Shown: positions 27,880 through 38,568, numbered from the stretch's first letter. The stretch: DNA of 64,000 bases from an uncultured Haloferula sp. (GCA_965652295.1 CBFGTS010000005.1:1-64000); one strand, 5' to 3'. Notes: a model not told the origin generated them from the sequence alone. Program-made: numbers and translations.

Positions 27880-28593
27880 TCATCGCGGTTCCCCTTCCGG
27901 CTTCTGATCCACTCCATCCGGTGAAAGCTCCACTGCCTCCATGTTCCTTTTCACCCGGTCGGTCAGGGCCCGTTGCCCGGAAGCAACAACCTTCGGATAG
28001 GTTTCTTTTACAAGATCCGGAGGGCAGTGGGGATGGGCGACGAGCCATATCCTGAGGTCCTCCGCCTCATCATGGAGTCGCCGCAGCTGTTCCGCGGTGT
28101 AGTTCACTTCGAGGTATCGGGGATCGAACGAATGCTTCACCACCATTTCGCGGGCGGACTGTCGCGCGTAGGAAGTGGGGGCGGCACCCGGTCGATACCA
28201 TTGTTCCCGGAGAACGATCTCCGGATCACGGATCAACGCCTGCGCATCCCGCTGATAGGCCTCTTGTTGCTCAGCGTAGGCAGTCTCCCTCTTCTCACGT
28301 TCCATGTTCCGCTGGTGTTGGGCAATGGCACCCGCGCACGCTCCGAACAAGGCCGGCACGATCAACATGAAGAGCATGTAAGTTTTGGTCCGATTCCGCC
28401 AGCGTCGGACGACGAGCCCATAGACAAGCAATCCTAGCGAGGGTCCCAGAACCCCGGCAAGCACCATCAGCACCATCCCAAAGAGATCGGGAAAGGGATA
28501 TGCGGCACCGGGGTTATGACCACCCGCGATCGCCATCCGCTGGGCCGCCCACGCTGCCAGAACCACGCTGCCAAGGAAAACGATTCCCTTCAT
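27880..28593 (-). CDS. Hypothetical membrane protein (3 TM plus soluble C-terminus)
   Basis: Hydrophobic segments from MKGIVFLG onward. Start uncertain. Confidence 0.55.
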   Translation of the reverse strand: MKGIVFLGSVVLAAWAAQRMAIAGGHNPGAAYPFPDLFGMVLMVLAGVLGPSLGLLVYGLVVRRWRNRTKTYMLFMLIVPALFGACAGAIAQHQRNMEREKRETAYAEQQEAYQRDAQALIRDPEIVLREQWYRPGAAPTSYARQSAREMVVKHSFDPRYLEVNYTAEQLRRLHDEAEDLRIWLVAHPHCPPDLVKETYPKVVASGQRALTDRVKRNMEAVELSPDGVDQKPEGEPR

Positions 28594-28696
28594 TTGCTCA
28601 TGATTACAGCAGCTTCTTTCCCCTGATCCAATCGATTCCTCGGGTGATTGAAAGGAATTGACCGAGAGCCCCGAAGCATCCATTCAAGTCGTGCCC

Positions 28697-29314
28697 ATGA
28701 AATTGACATCTATCACCCTGGTATCGTTTCTCCCTGCCGCCGCACTGGCGGGCGAACCGATGACTCCGACGTCTGCCAAAGAGCCCATTATGACCCCTCC
28801 GCCGCTGTGCGAGAGCGCGTGGATTGCCGGGCTTGGCGTGGATTACCTCCTCGATGCCGAAGAGGCCTATTACAACGGTCACTTTGGTTACGACTTCGGT
28901 TGCGGCCATGCTCTTTTCCTTGAAGCTGGTTGGCTTCAACAAGATCAGGATTTCAGCGCCCTGGTTCCGGGTGCCGTGCCGATCGGACTGAATGTCGAAC
29001 TCGACGTCATTCCGATTACCCTCAACTACAAATACGAGTACGCCTTCACGCCGCAGCTGGCCTTCTACGCCGGACTCGGTGCCGGTGCCTCCTACACGGA
29101 TGTCGAGATCTCCGCCGGGCCGTTCGGGGTGAGCGACGACAGCTGGTCGTTCACTGCGCAGGCCTTTGCCGGTCTGGCTTACAACGTGTCCGATCGTTTC
29201 ACGATCTACGGCGGTGCCCGTTACCTCTGGCTCGATGATCCGACCGTTTTCGGTGTGAACGTCGGCAATCTGGACGACGTCGGCATCGGTGGCGGCGTTC
29301 GCTTCAAGTTCTGA
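28697..29314 (+). CDS. Outer-membrane beta-barrel protein (OmpA/OmpW-like)
   Basis: Signal peptide, alternating beta strands (YAGLGAG, QAFAGLAY) and terminal Phe (VRFKF). Confidence 0.85.
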   Translation: MKLTSITLVSFLPAAALAGEPMTPTSAKEPIMTPPPLCESAWIAGLGVDYLLDAEEAYYNGHFGYDFGCGHALFLEAGWLQQDQDFSALVPGAVPIGLNVELDVIPITLNYKYEYAFTPQLAFYAGLGAGASYTDVEISAGPFGVSDDSWSFTAQAFAGLAYNVSDRFTIYGGARYLWLDDPTVFGVNVGNLDDVGIGGGVRFKF

Positions 29315-29331
29315 TCCCACCCGCTCTATCG

Positions 29332-29363
29332 CGGCCGTCCCATTCGTGGGGCGGCCGTTTTTT
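29332..29363 (+). terminator. Intrinsic terminator
   Basis: cggccgtccca-ttcg-tggggcggccg followed by tttttt. Confidence 0.85.
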
Positions 29364-29638
29364 CGTTCCGAGCCTGGGCCAACTGACGTCGACCGATTCC
29401 ATGGGACGGAGGGAGCTGTTTCAGGAAGGGTTCAAGACACCGGAACAACTGGTTTTGTCACCAAATTCAAGGCGCGAGGAGGGAGCGAATTGAAATTCGC
29501 GACCGACGAGCAACGCAGAAGTTGGAAAAGAAGACTGCGGCCTCCAATCACCGGAACGAAGTGACCCGATTCCAAAAAAACCAGGAATCTGATTTCGGGT
29601 AGATATTTCGCAAACAGCACACTAGATCTGCGGCAAGG

Positions 29639-31285
29639 ATGAGTCAACCGCACCGCCCGGCGAGCGAACAACTGGACACCTTCATCGAACGGATCGGCAC
29701 GGTGCCGCTACGGGAAATCCTGCACGAGCTGTTGGAGAAAAGCGCCGCCACGCTGGGTGTGGAACGGGCCGGTTACTGGAGCCTGGACGACGGCGGAACG
29801 GTGATCCGTCGCGAAGTGCAATTCCTTCTTTCCCACCATGACTTCGATGACTCCGCCCTCGAACTCGGACGACGGGATTATCCCACTTATTTCTCCGCCC
29901 TGCACGAGGGGTCGAGCCTGGTGGTATCAGCCGACGCGATGGCGGACCCGCGGCTGAAGGAATTCCGGGATTCCTATTTCACGCCGTTGGGAATCGGCGC
30001 GATGCTCGACGCACCGGTCCACCGGCAGGGCCGGCTTTTCGGGGTGATTTGCCATGAGCATGTGGGCGGCCCGCGCGAGTGGTCGGCGGCGGAGATCGAT
30101 TTCGCACGCTATGTCGCGCAGTGGGTAGCCCTGGCGGTGGAGATCGACGAACGCCAGCGCACCGAGCACCAACTGCGGGCCAGCAAGGCGAGCTACCGGC
30201 GGGTGATCGAGCACACCCCTGCCGCCACGGTGATCGTGGACGTGGAGAGCGGACGCTTCGTCGATGCCAACGAGAGCGCGGCGCGGCTTTTCGGCTGGGG
30301 CCGCGAGGTACTGCTGCAGGGCGGGCCGGCGGATTTCAGCCCGGAGTTCCAGCCCGATGGGCGGAGGAGCGACCTTGCGGCAGGGAAGGCCATCGCCCAG
30401 GCTCTCGCCGGTGACGAGCCGCGCTTCGACTGGGTCCATCTGCATGCCGACGGCCATCAGATCCCATGCACGGTCCACCTCGCAACCATGCCGGGCGACA
30501 GCAATCGCAGGGTAATCGCTACGGTGACCGACCGGACCGAGCAGCTTCGCACGGAAGAGGCGATGCGCCGGGCACTGGAGAACGAGCGCGAACTCAACGA
30601 ACTGCGCTCGCGGTTCACCTCGATCGTTTCCCACGAGTTCCGCACGCCGCTGGGCATCATCATGTCGGCGGTGGAGTTGCTGCGGAACTATTCCGACCGG
30701 CTGGACGAGGCGCGGCGGCGCGAGCTTGCGGACGACATCCACGACGCGACGCGGCGCATGGGCGCGCTGATGGAGCAAGTCCTGGTGCTCGGCCGGGCGG
30801 ATGCCGGCAAGTTGAGCTTTTCCCCGGTGCCGCTGGACCTTGCCGCCCTGTGCGCGAAGCTGACCGACGAATCCCGGTCCGCGACCTTGAGGCGTTGCCC
30901 GGTGGAGGTGCGCTGCGCGGGCGACCTGTCCGGTGCGCGGGCGGACGAACCTTTGCTGCGCCACATCTTCTCCAACCTGCTGTCGAACGCGGCGAAGTAT
31001 TCGCCCGCCGGCAGCCCGGTGGAATTCACCGTGGTGCGCGAGGGCGACCATGCCGTGTTCACCGTGCGCGACCGGGGTATCGGGATTCCGCCGGAGGATC
31101 AGCCGCGGATTTTCGAGGCTTTCCAGCGGGCCGGCAATGTCGGAGGGATCGCCGGCAGCGGGCTGGGTCTGCTGATCGCGAAGCGCTGTGTCGACCTGCA
31201 TGGCGGCGGCATCGGCTTCAGCTCGGCAGCGGGTGAAGGGACGGCCTTCACGGTGCGTTTGCCGGTTTTCGCCTCCCCACCGTGA
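29639..31285 (+). CDS. GAF-PAS sensor histidine kinase
   Basis: GAF (MLDAPV...GVICHEH), PAS, VSHEFRTPL, NLLSNAAKYS, DRGIGI, GSGLGL. Confidence 0.92.
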   Translation: MSQPHRPASEQLDTFIERIGTVPLREILHELLEKSAATLGVERAGYWSLDDGGTVIRREVQFLLSHHDFDDSALELGRRDYPTYFSALHEGSSLVVSADAMADPRLKEFRDSYFTPLGIGAMLDAPVHRQGRLFGVICHEHVGGPREWSAAEIDFARYVAQWVALAVEIDERQRTEHQLRASKASYRRVIEHTPAATVIVDVESGRFVDANESAARLFGWGREVLLQGGPADFSPEFQPDGRRSDLAAGKAIAQALAGDEPRFDWVHLHADGHQIPCTVHLATMPGDSNRRVIATVTDRTEQLRTEEAMRRALENERELNELRSRFTSIVSHEFRTPLGIIMSAVELLRNYSDRLDEARRRELADDIHDATRRMGALMEQVLVLGRADAGKLSFSPVPLDLAALCAKLTDESRSATLRRCPVEVRCAGDLSGARADEPLLRHIFSNLLSNAAKYSPAGSPVEFTVVREGDHAVFTVRDRGIGIPPEDQPRIFEAFQRAGNVGGIAGSGLGLLIAKRCVDLHGGGIGFSSAAGEGTAFTVRLPVFASPP

Positions 31286-31289
31286 AAAG

Positions 31290-31319
31290 GGCGGAGCCCG
31301 GGCCGCCTCGGGCCCCGCC
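31290..31319. terminator. GC-rich hairpin between convergent genes
   Basis: ggcggagcccg...cgggccccgcc imperfect stem. Confidence 0.45.
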
Positions 31320-31330
31320 AGCCATGCCGC

Positions 31331-34300
31331 TCAGGGCAGCTCTTCCACCTTCATCCGCACGAAGCACTTCTTGGTGTTCTGTGGCGTGTAGTTGGTGGTG
31401 AACACGCAAGCCGTGCTCGCTCCCTGCGGGACCGCGAAGTCCGGCTGGAGGCCCGACCACCCGCCGCCGGTGCGGCTCGACAGCGTGATCCATGACGAAA
31501 GCCCGGTGGTCAACTGGAGGCTGATTTTCACCTTCACGTCGTTCATCGCGGCGCTGTCCAGCATCACCCGGAACTTGAGCGGAGCGGCGGACGAGGCGGG
31601 TCCGAGGAGGGTAAGGCTTTGGGCCAGATTGTCCGCTCCGTCGACGACCGCGGGGTCGGTGCCCGTCACGTATTCCACAAGGTTGGCCACGCCGTCGCCA
31701 TCGTAGTCGGCGTCGTTGCCCCGGTTGCCGGCGGCATCGGACTGGCCGAAATGCTCAAGGCGCCAGGCTTTCAGCGGAGACAGCACCTCAACCAAGGTTC
31801 GGGCGATCGTCGGGTCACCTTGGACTCTCAGGGCAAGAGGGCCGGCGGCGTAGCTGTTGTTGGCATCCAATGCAAACCAAGGGCTGCCGCCGCTGTGCTC
31901 GACGAAGAACCGCTCGATCGTGGCGGTGGGCTTGAGTTTGAGCGAGAGGTTGAAGGTCTTGGTTTGCCCCGGAGACGTGTGCAGGAACAGGCGAGTGACC
32001 TGATTGATCGGCATGTAAAAGATGCCCTGGTTCACCGAGACGGGCGCGACGGCGCTCGCTCCCGCGTTGATGGAGAGCGACTCCACTGCGGCGGAGACTT
32101 CGGCGGAGGTCATGGGAACGCCGGGCTGCCAGCTCCCGTTGGTCCATTGAGCCTTCAGAAAACGCACCAGGCACTGGGTGGGTGCGATGCCGGTGTCGGC
32201 GATGGAGGGAGACGCCGCCGCCGGACGGCCGCGGTTGGTACCGGAGACGGTGGCAACGGTGGCAGTCGTTCCCGGCGTCATGTGCGTGACGGCAGCGCTG
32301 CTCTGGTGGACGCGGACTTGCCCGCTCTTGTTGTAGACCAGGTGGAGGGAACCGTTGGCGGCGGCGATCACGGCATCCGGCAGGTGGTCGCCATCGAGGT
32401 CCATCACCACCACATCCTGCACCGCGGTGCCTCCGTGGAGCACGACCGGCACGCTTTGGGTCCACGTGGCGGTGCGTTGGTTGAGGTAGAGCTTCAGGCC
32501 GCTGGCGGTGGCGCAGAGGATGTCGTTCCAGCCGTCGCCGTTCCAGTCGGCCGCGGCGAGGCGGTGGATCGTACTGTCTGCGGCGGCTCCCATGAGCGGC
32601 CAGTTGTAGGAAGGATGGGTGACGCGGAAGGTGGATTCGTTGATCGCGAAGATCGTCTCCAAGCCGTTGGTTGCCGGTGTGACATCCGCCATGATCACCG
32701 CGCTGGAGATCCCGCCGGCCGGGGTATTCGCCGCGTCATCGACGGACCAGCCGCCGGGGGTGGCGTGCCGATATTGCGTGAAGTAGCCGGCACCGGCGGC
32801 GGGAATGATCATGGCGGTTTCGAGCCGGCCTCCGGGAGCGGATTGACCCGCGGCGATCGCGCTCATACCCGAGTAGCCCGTGTCGATGTTTTCCGGCAGC
32901 CAGCCGCCGCCGTTGCCGTCATTCTTGTAAAATCGCAGCGTCGAGCCCGAGTGGGCGAGCAGATCGTCGTCGCCGTCGGCGTCGATGTCCGCCCGCTGGA
33001 TGCCGCGGATGCCGGTCATGCTGCCGAGCCCCGTGATGTTCCAGGAGAAGCCCGAGCCGTTGTTGCTGTAGGCGCGGCTGATCAGGTTGGTGGTGGTCCA
33101 GGCGAGATCGGTGTGGCCGTCGCGATTGAAGTCGCCCGCCGCGATGCTGATCGGGATCAGACCGGAGGTGCTCACCGGCCAAGCGGCATTCAAGCCGCTG
33201 CCGTTGCCGCCGTACCAGAGCAGGCGTTTGCCGCCGCCATCGGCCACCACGAGATCGTCGCGTTGGTCGCCATTCACGTCGGCCTTTTCCAGGCGCACGG
33301 TGCCACTGGGCAGCGTGCCGGTCATGGCGGTGACGGATGCGGCCGGGCCCCGGTGCGCGCCGGTGTTTTCCAGCACGTTCCAGCCCGCGTCGTAGACGAT
33401 GTCGGAATCGCCGTCGCGGTCGAAATCGCCGACGCCCAGGCAGCTCGGAACGGTCGGGGCATTTTCGTTGCGAAGGACGACAGGCGAGGCGAACGAGCCC
33501 GCGCCGATGCCGCGCATCCACTCAACCTTGTGTTCGCGGTCGGAGAAGACGATGTCGGTCCGGCCGTCCTCGTCGAGATCACCGGCGGCGAGAAGCGCCC
33601 ACGCTTGCATGCCGGGGGCGGGCAGGTTGACGGCTGCCGCGAAGCCGCTGCCGGTGTTGCGGAACCAATGCATGGTGCCGTGATCGTTGGCGTCCGCGAG
33701 CACGTCGGGCCACCCGTCGTTGTCGAGATCGGCGACAACCGTGCAGGCAAAGTCGCTGCCGGGCGAACGTGTCACCACCGTCGACGCGGAGAAGGTTCCG
33801 CCATCATTGGTCAGCAGCACGAAACGACCGGTGGTCCATAGTGGATATTTGGAGTGCATTCCCTTCAAGCCGACGAAGGCAGCGATGTCGGGCCAGCCGT
33901 CGCCATTGAAGTCGGCGACCTCCAGTCGCTGCACCGTGTCGAATGAAGAGTAGATCGTCGTCATCGAGGTGCTGAAGTCGCCGTTGCCCGGATTCCAGCG
34001 GACGCGGACGTGGGGGAAGTTCTCGATCAGGTCCAGGTCACCGTCACGGTCGAGGTCAGCCAGTTTGATGAACGGCGCTTGCTCTCCCAGGGCGGTGACG
34101 ATCGAAGTGTGTTTGAAATGCCACCCGCGGGTGAACTGGCCGGCACCGTTGTTGAGGCAGGCCATGATACGGTAGTTGGGTTCCGGGCTGTTGTTGTAGG
34201 CCACCAGCGCGGAGCGGACGATGTCGATGTCACCGTCGCCATCAATGTCGCCCACCGCGCCCCGGCCATTGACGAAGGTCACCGGCCAATCCGGCTGGTA

Positions 34301-34540
34301 GGGATCATAATCGAAGGTGGGCAGGGTGGTCGTCGTGCCGACGGCACCGACGGTGGGATGCATGACTCGGTTGCCGCCGCGATAGACTTCCAAGGCCGGA
34401 TCATTGTCCGCTTGGAAGAGGAGGACTTCACCCTGATTGGAGGTGTCCGAAATCGAGGTGGTACGATGGACGAAGGGCCAGGCATGCACCGGGGCGGCGG
34501 CAAGCAGGAGACATGTCGGGATGAGTTGTTTCGGTATCAT
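31331..34540 (-). CDS. Secreted FG-GAP/VCBS repeat protein with C-terminal DxDGDG domain
   Basis: Signal peptide, many DxDxDGxxD repeats and C-terminal AWRLEHFG...DYDGDGVANLVEYVTGTDP...CFVRMKV. Confidence 0.88.
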   Translation of the reverse strand: MIPKQLIPTCLLLAAAPVHAWPFVHRTTSISDTSNQGEVLLFQADNDPALEVYRGGNRVMHPTVGAVGTTTTLPTFDYDPYQPDWPVTFVNGRGAVGDIDGDGDIDIVRSALVAYNNSPEPNYRIMACLNNGAGQFTRGWHFKHTSIVTALGEQAPFIKLADLDRDGDLDLIENFPHVRVRWNPGNGDFSTSMTTIYSSFDTVQRLEVADFNGDGWPDIAAFVGLKGMHSKYPLWTTGRFVLLTNDGGTFSASTVVTRSPGSDFACTVVADLDNDGWPDVLADANDHGTMHWFRNTGSGFAAAVNLPAPGMQAWALLAAGDLDEDGRTDIVFSDREHKVEWMRGIGAGSFASPVVLRNENAPTVPSCLGVGDFDRDGDSDIVYDAGWNVLENTGAHRGPAASVTAMTGTLPSGTVRLEKADVNGDQRDDLVVADGGGKRLLWYGGNGSGLNAAWPVSTSGLIPISIAAGDFNRDGHTDLAWTTTNLISRAYSNNGSGFSWNITGLGSMTGIRGIQRADIDADGDDDLLAHSGSTLRFYKNDGNGGGWLPENIDTGYSGMSAIAAGQSAPGGRLETAMIIPAAGAGYFTQYRHATPGGWSVDDAANTPAGGISSAVIMADVTPATNGLETIFAINESTFRVTHPSYNWPLMGAAADSTIHRLAAADWNGDGWNDILCATASGLKLYLNQRTATWTQSVPVVLHGGTAVQDVVVMDLDGDHLPDAVIAAANGSLHLVYNKSGQVRVHQSSAAVTHMTPGTTATVATVSGTNRGRPAAASPSIADTGIAPTQCLVRFLKAQWTNGSWQPGVPMTSAEVSAAVESLSINAGASAVAPVSVNQGIFYMPINQVTRLFLHTSPGQTKTFNLSLKLKPTATIERFFVEHSGGSPWFALDANNSYAAGPLALRVQGDPTIARTLVEVLSPLKAWRLEHFGQSDAAGNRGNDADYDGDGVANLVEYVTGTDPAVVDGADNLAQSLTLLGPASSAAPLKFRVMLDSAAMNDVKVKISLQLTTGLSSWITLSSRTGGGWSGLQPDFAVPQGASTACVFTTNYTPQNTKKCFVRMKVEELP

Positions 34541-34771
34541 GGGAGCAGTGGGTTGGTGGACGCTGTCCCAGCAGGGCTTCGTCCATTTGCACCATGATGC
34601 AGGTTCTCCGGAATCGGGGTATCGGACTTCGGACCGATCAGAACCTGCTCGGAAAGAGCCTTCGATCCGACTTTGGGAGGATGACCTTTTCGGGCCATCC
34701 CGCTCGGCGGCAGGATGGTTTCACGCCGCGAAGCCGCGTTCACCGCGCGCAGAAGAAATCCGGGACGGGAT

Positions 34772-35188
34772 CTAACGGACCACCCGCGCCGCGCCGCGCA
34801 GCATCGTCTCCGCAATGAGCTGATAGAGCGACGTCCACGCCTGCCGGGTCGGCGGGTCGAAGTCTTTTCCGAGCACGCGGGAAAGCATCGTCAGCAGCGC
34901 TTCGCCAACGGTCGCGTAGTGCTCGGATTTCACCCCGTAACCTACGTGGCGGGCACCCAGCTCCTCCAGCGTCTCGTTCAACTCGTCCGTTTTTTCCAGC
35001 AAGCTCAACGCACTGGCCAGCATGTCCATCAGCTTGGCCGCCTGCAGCTCGATGTCGGTTTTGAACAGCGGCCGCAGCTTCGGATCGATCTCGAACAGCC
35101 GCTGGTAAAAGACCAGCGCGGCGACGTGGGACTGGCGCTCCACAAGGGAGAAGGTCTTGCGCAAACGGTGCTTTTCTTCGGGGTCCAA
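34772..35188 (-). CDS. Single-domain globin (flavohaemoglobin globin-like)
   Basis: FYQRLFEIDPKLRPLF...Q..KL...LGARHVGYGV...HY..VGEALL. Confidence 0.9.
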   Translation of the reverse strand: MDPEEKHRLRKTFSLVERQSHVAALVFYQRLFEIDPKLRPLFKTDIELQAAKLMDMLASALSLLEKTDELNETLEELGARHVGYGVKSEHYATVGEALLTMLSRVLGKDFDPPTRQAWTSLYQLIAETMLRGAARVVR

Positions 35189-35285
35189 AACGCACGAAGC
35201 CTGGCACGAATCGCAGGAGGCGGCACTCCGACTTTAGTCGGATGACAATTTCGCGGAATCGTGCAAGATGCCTCCCTCGTTGTCC

Positions 35286-35945
35286 ATGAAACGGATTCTC
35301 GTCATCGAAGACCAGGCCCCCATGAGGCGGAACATCGCGCTGATGCTTGAGATGGAGGGCTATGAGGTGCTGACCGCGGAGAACGGCCGCTTCGGCGTGG
35401 AGGCCGCCCGCCAGCAACGCCCGGACCTGGTGATCTGCGACGTCATGATGCCCGAACTCGACGGCCACGGCGTGGTACAGACGCTGCGCGCGGAGAGCGA
35501 AACCTCGACGCTCCCGTTCATTTTCCTGACCGCGTGCAGCGACAAGAGCCACGTGAGGATCGGAATGAACTTCGGCACGGACGATTACCTGGTGAAGCCG
35601 GTCGTGCGGGAAGACCTGCTCGCGGCCATCGAGGCGCGGCTGGCCCGGGCGGAAGCCATCGAGGCCCGGATGCAATCGGCGGGCGCTGAGGGCGGCTTCT
35701 ACCTGGACTTCAGCTCGCACCTGCCGCTCGTGGCGCTCGGCCTGACCAATCGGGAAGCGGAGGTCCTCCTGTGGGTCGCTCAAGGCAAGAGCAACGGCGA
35801 CGTCGCCGACATCCTCAGCATGAGCGAAAAGACCGTGAAGCAACACATGGGAAACATTTTCACCAAGCTCGGGGTGGAAAACCGCAATGCCGCCGCGCTC
35901 CGGGCGGTCGAGGTTTTGAGCGCGCCGCGAAGCCTCGGCGCGTAG
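35286..35945 (+). CDS. Response regulator, REC + LuxR HTH
   Basis: ILVIED, DVMMPELDG, KP and LTNREAEVL..VAQGKSN..TVKQH. Confidence 0.92.
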   Translation: MKRILVIEDQAPMRRNIALMLEMEGYEVLTAENGRFGVEAARQQRPDLVICDVMMPELDGHGVVQTLRAESETSTLPFIFLTACSDKSHVRIGMNFGTDDYLVKPVVREDLLAAIEARLARAEAIEARMQSAGAEGGFYLDFSSHLPLVALGLTNREAEVLLWVAQGKSNGDVADILSMSEKTVKQHMGNIFTKLGVENRNAAALRAVEVLSAPRSLGA

Positions 35946-36221
35946 TGCGTGCATCGTGCATCTGCGCGAGACGTGATCATCACGAGAGAAGTGCATTTTC
36001 GCCAGGCTGGTTAGGCCCCGGAAGAGCATCCCGGCCACTGAATATTCGTCATTGCAGGATCAACCACTCTGGCGACGTGATTCCTTCAACGGGCCGGGCC
36101 GGACGGCTGAGGCCCCGGAGTTTTGGGATGAGCATTTGAGCGCCTCCGCTTCGACCGCCCGCGTTTGCGTAATCCGGATTGTTCTTGATCGGGCAGCTCA
36201 TATGGAAAGAGTCACAGGACC

Positions 36222-36845
36222 ATGAAGCATACTTTCCGATCTCTCTCGCAGTCTGTGATGCCTTGTGCGGCGATGTTTCTGACGATGGCCACCCACGTCC
36301 ACTCGGCGGTGCTGGTGAGCAATCTGTCAGGAACGGACAATGCCAGTGCTTCGCCCCAGAGCACCTTCTGGCTCGCCCAAGCATTCACGACCGACGACTC
36401 AAGCTACACGCTCGAAAGCATCACCATCCAAGGGTCCAACAGCTCGGGGGGCTCGCAGGTGTTCATCTATAGTGACAACGCCTCGCTGCCATCCATTTCC
36501 CTCGGCTCGGTTTCCACGGCTTCATTCGGAACTTCCTCCGGAACCTATGTCCTGCCGGTCCAGGGATCGGTGACCTTGGATGCCTCCCAGACCTACTGGG
36601 TCGTCTTTGCTCCCAACGATGTGAATTTCGGTCTCTGGGCGCGGACCACGGCATCGGGGAATCTGGACGGGCCGGGCACCATTCCCGACCTCCAGGCGTT
36701 CAGCACCAACGGCGGCGCTTCGTTTACCAGCACCGACATCACCAATTATCTGAAGTTCGAGATCAATGCGGTTCCGGAGCCAGCGACGGCGATGGTGGCG
36801 TCCTTGGGGCTTCTCTTGGTTGGCCGCCGCAGGCGGAACTCATGA
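36222..36845 (+). CDS. PEP-CTERM surface protein (choice-of-anchor-R-like)
   Basis: Signal peptide, AQAFTT and VPEP-hydrophobic-RRRR C-terminus. Confidence 0.9.
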   Translation: MKHTFRSLSQSVMPCAAMFLTMATHVHSAVLVSNLSGTDNASASPQSTFWLAQAFTTDDSSYTLESITIQGSNSSGGSQVFIYSDNASLPSISLGSVSTASFGTSSGTYVLPVQGSVTLDASQTYWVVFAPNDVNFGLWARTTASGNLDGPGTIPDLQAFSTNGGASFTSTDITNYLKFEINAVPEPATAMVASLGLLLVGRRRRNS

Positions 36846-37122
36846 GACCTCCTGCCCGGCCCTGTCCATTCGGGCCACCTACCGAGCCCTGATCACGGGC
36901 ACCATTCCTGCCCAAGGTTGTTCCCTCGTGAATAACCTTGGGCTCTGTTTTGGGAGAGGGTCCGTGAGTTCGCTGCGGGCTACGGTCAACATAGTAGATC
37001 CCTTACCGGAGGAGCCGGTGGCATGCTCACCGAGCTGGTTTACAAACCGATTTCAGTGATCGAAACTCGACAATGTGTGGTGATTCCTATGAAAGGTCCT
37101 GCGTCAATCGACTTTGAGATAG

Positions 37123-37911
37123 ATGAAGATCTTACCTGGTGTTTGCATGGGCCTGGCGTGGTCGATTTCCGCGAGGGCGGAGCCGACCGTTCTTGTCTCT
37201 GAAAGCTTCGACTACGGTGCCGGCTCGTTGGCGGGCAAGGCCGGAGGGACGGGGTGGTCGAGCGCCTGGGTGAACGACTATGCTTCGGGAAGCTCCCTCG
37301 GTGTCAACTCCACCGGCATGTCTTATGCAGGGCTCGCCACGACGGGAGGCAGCGCGGTTTGGGCTTCCGGAGGCAACGGCATCAGCCAGGGCTCCCGCAC
37401 GTTCTCGCTGGTGAACAGCGGCATCGTTTACATCCAGTTCCTCTGTCAGTTCGGATCCACCAGCGGGGGCGGAACGCCGAATCTCCGGCTTTTCCATTCA
37501 GGAACGTTGACCGGCGGGCTCGGTGGCAACGGCGGAACCTACGGGAGTAAGATTTCCATCCTCAATGAATCCTTGAACGCCGCGTCCGATGGTTCGTCCA
37601 GCTCCTCGGCCAATCTGTCGGACTTGAATCTCGTCGTGGCGCGCATTGATTACTCATCGGAGACGACGCACCTGTGGGTGAATCCCAACCTGGGCACCTT
37701 TGATTATGACAGCCCGACCCTGCCGGATGCGATGTACGCCGGGTTTGCGCCAGCCTTTGATCAGGTGGCGTTTTATACCCGAAGTCCGGGGCAAATCGAC
37801 GAATTCCAAATCCTATCCATGACAGTTCCGGAACCTGCAACGATGTCGCTGCTGGCATGGGGAGCAGGTTTCGTCTTCACGAGGCGGAGGCGGCACCGGG
37901 AGGTCAGCTGA
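37123..37911 (+). CDS. PEP-CTERM surface protein
   Basis: Signal peptide, ESFDY..G.LAG..GG.GW and VPEP-hydrophobic-RRRR. Confidence 0.9.
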   Translation: MKILPGVCMGLAWSISARAEPTVLVSESFDYGAGSLAGKAGGTGWSSAWVNDYASGSSLGVNSTGMSYAGLATTGGSAVWASGGNGISQGSRTFSLVNSGIVYIQFLCQFGSTSGGGTPNLRLFHSGTLTGGLGGNGGTYGSKISILNESLNAASDGSSSSSANLSDLNLVVARIDYSSETTHLWVNPNLGTFDYDSPTLPDAMYAGFAPAFDQVAFYTRSPGQIDEFQILSMTVPEPATMSLLAWGAGFVFTRRRRHREVS

Positions 37912-38096
37912 CCGCTCGGGAACCTGGTGGAAGAAGGCTTCATCGTTGGTAGTCGATCCAGCACCTGAAGTGCCGGAAGCCGCCGCAACGCCGTGCATCC
38001 GAGGACGGCCAGCTGGCGATGGGAACCCAGGCGTGGGAAAAATGAGCTTGCGCGTATCGAAGTTTCAGTAATTACTGAAAGCAGCGAAAGCAAATT

Positions 38097-38555
38097 GTGA
38101 TGAACCTGCTGCCCACTACCGAGAACATCGAAGTTTTTTACGACGGCCGCTGCGGGATGTGCTGCAGCTTCCACGAATGGATCCATCGGCAGCCGCGGGC
38201 CTTTGGAGTCGCGTTCATCCCCTACCAGTCGCCGGAGGCGGAACAGGTGTTTCCGGGATTGGGAACCCTGGATCCGGCGCGGGAGATGGTGGTGAGGACC
38301 GATGCCCACCAGATCTTCCGAGGGGCCGAGGCCTGGGTATGGTGCCTCTACAGTTGCGCGAATCATCAGGACACCGCCCGCCGTCTGGCCGGGCCGCGGC
38401 TGCTACCGGTCGCGATTCATGCCTGCCGCGTCCTGGCGGCCAATCGTCACGCGCTCAGCAAGATTTTTTTCCGGAAGAAGGACGAGCAGGTCCGGACGGA
38501 GCTGCATCGGATGAGCCCCGACAGCTGTACCGACGGCGTCTGTCCGACCCTGTGA
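38097..38555 (+). CDS. DCC family (DUF393) thiol-disulfide oxidoreductase
   Basis: VFYDGRCGMC (DxxCxxC) motif. Confidence 0.88.
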   Translation: MMNLLPTTENIEVFYDGRCGMCCSFHEWIHRQPRAFGVAFIPYQSPEAEQVFPGLGTLDPAREMVVRTDAHQIFRGAEAWVWCLYSCANHQDTARRLAGPRLLPVAIHACRVLAANRHALSKIFFRKKDEQVRTELHRMSPDSCTDGVCPTL

Positions 38556-38568
38556 TTTTTCCCTACCG

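Noticed and set aside
31619..33841. 740-aa + strand ORF (also 42833-44950 -, 20257-21750 +, 45966-47540 + and similar)
   Set aside because: Antisense or alternative-frame shadows of clear genes, expected in high-GC DNA; no recognisable motifs.
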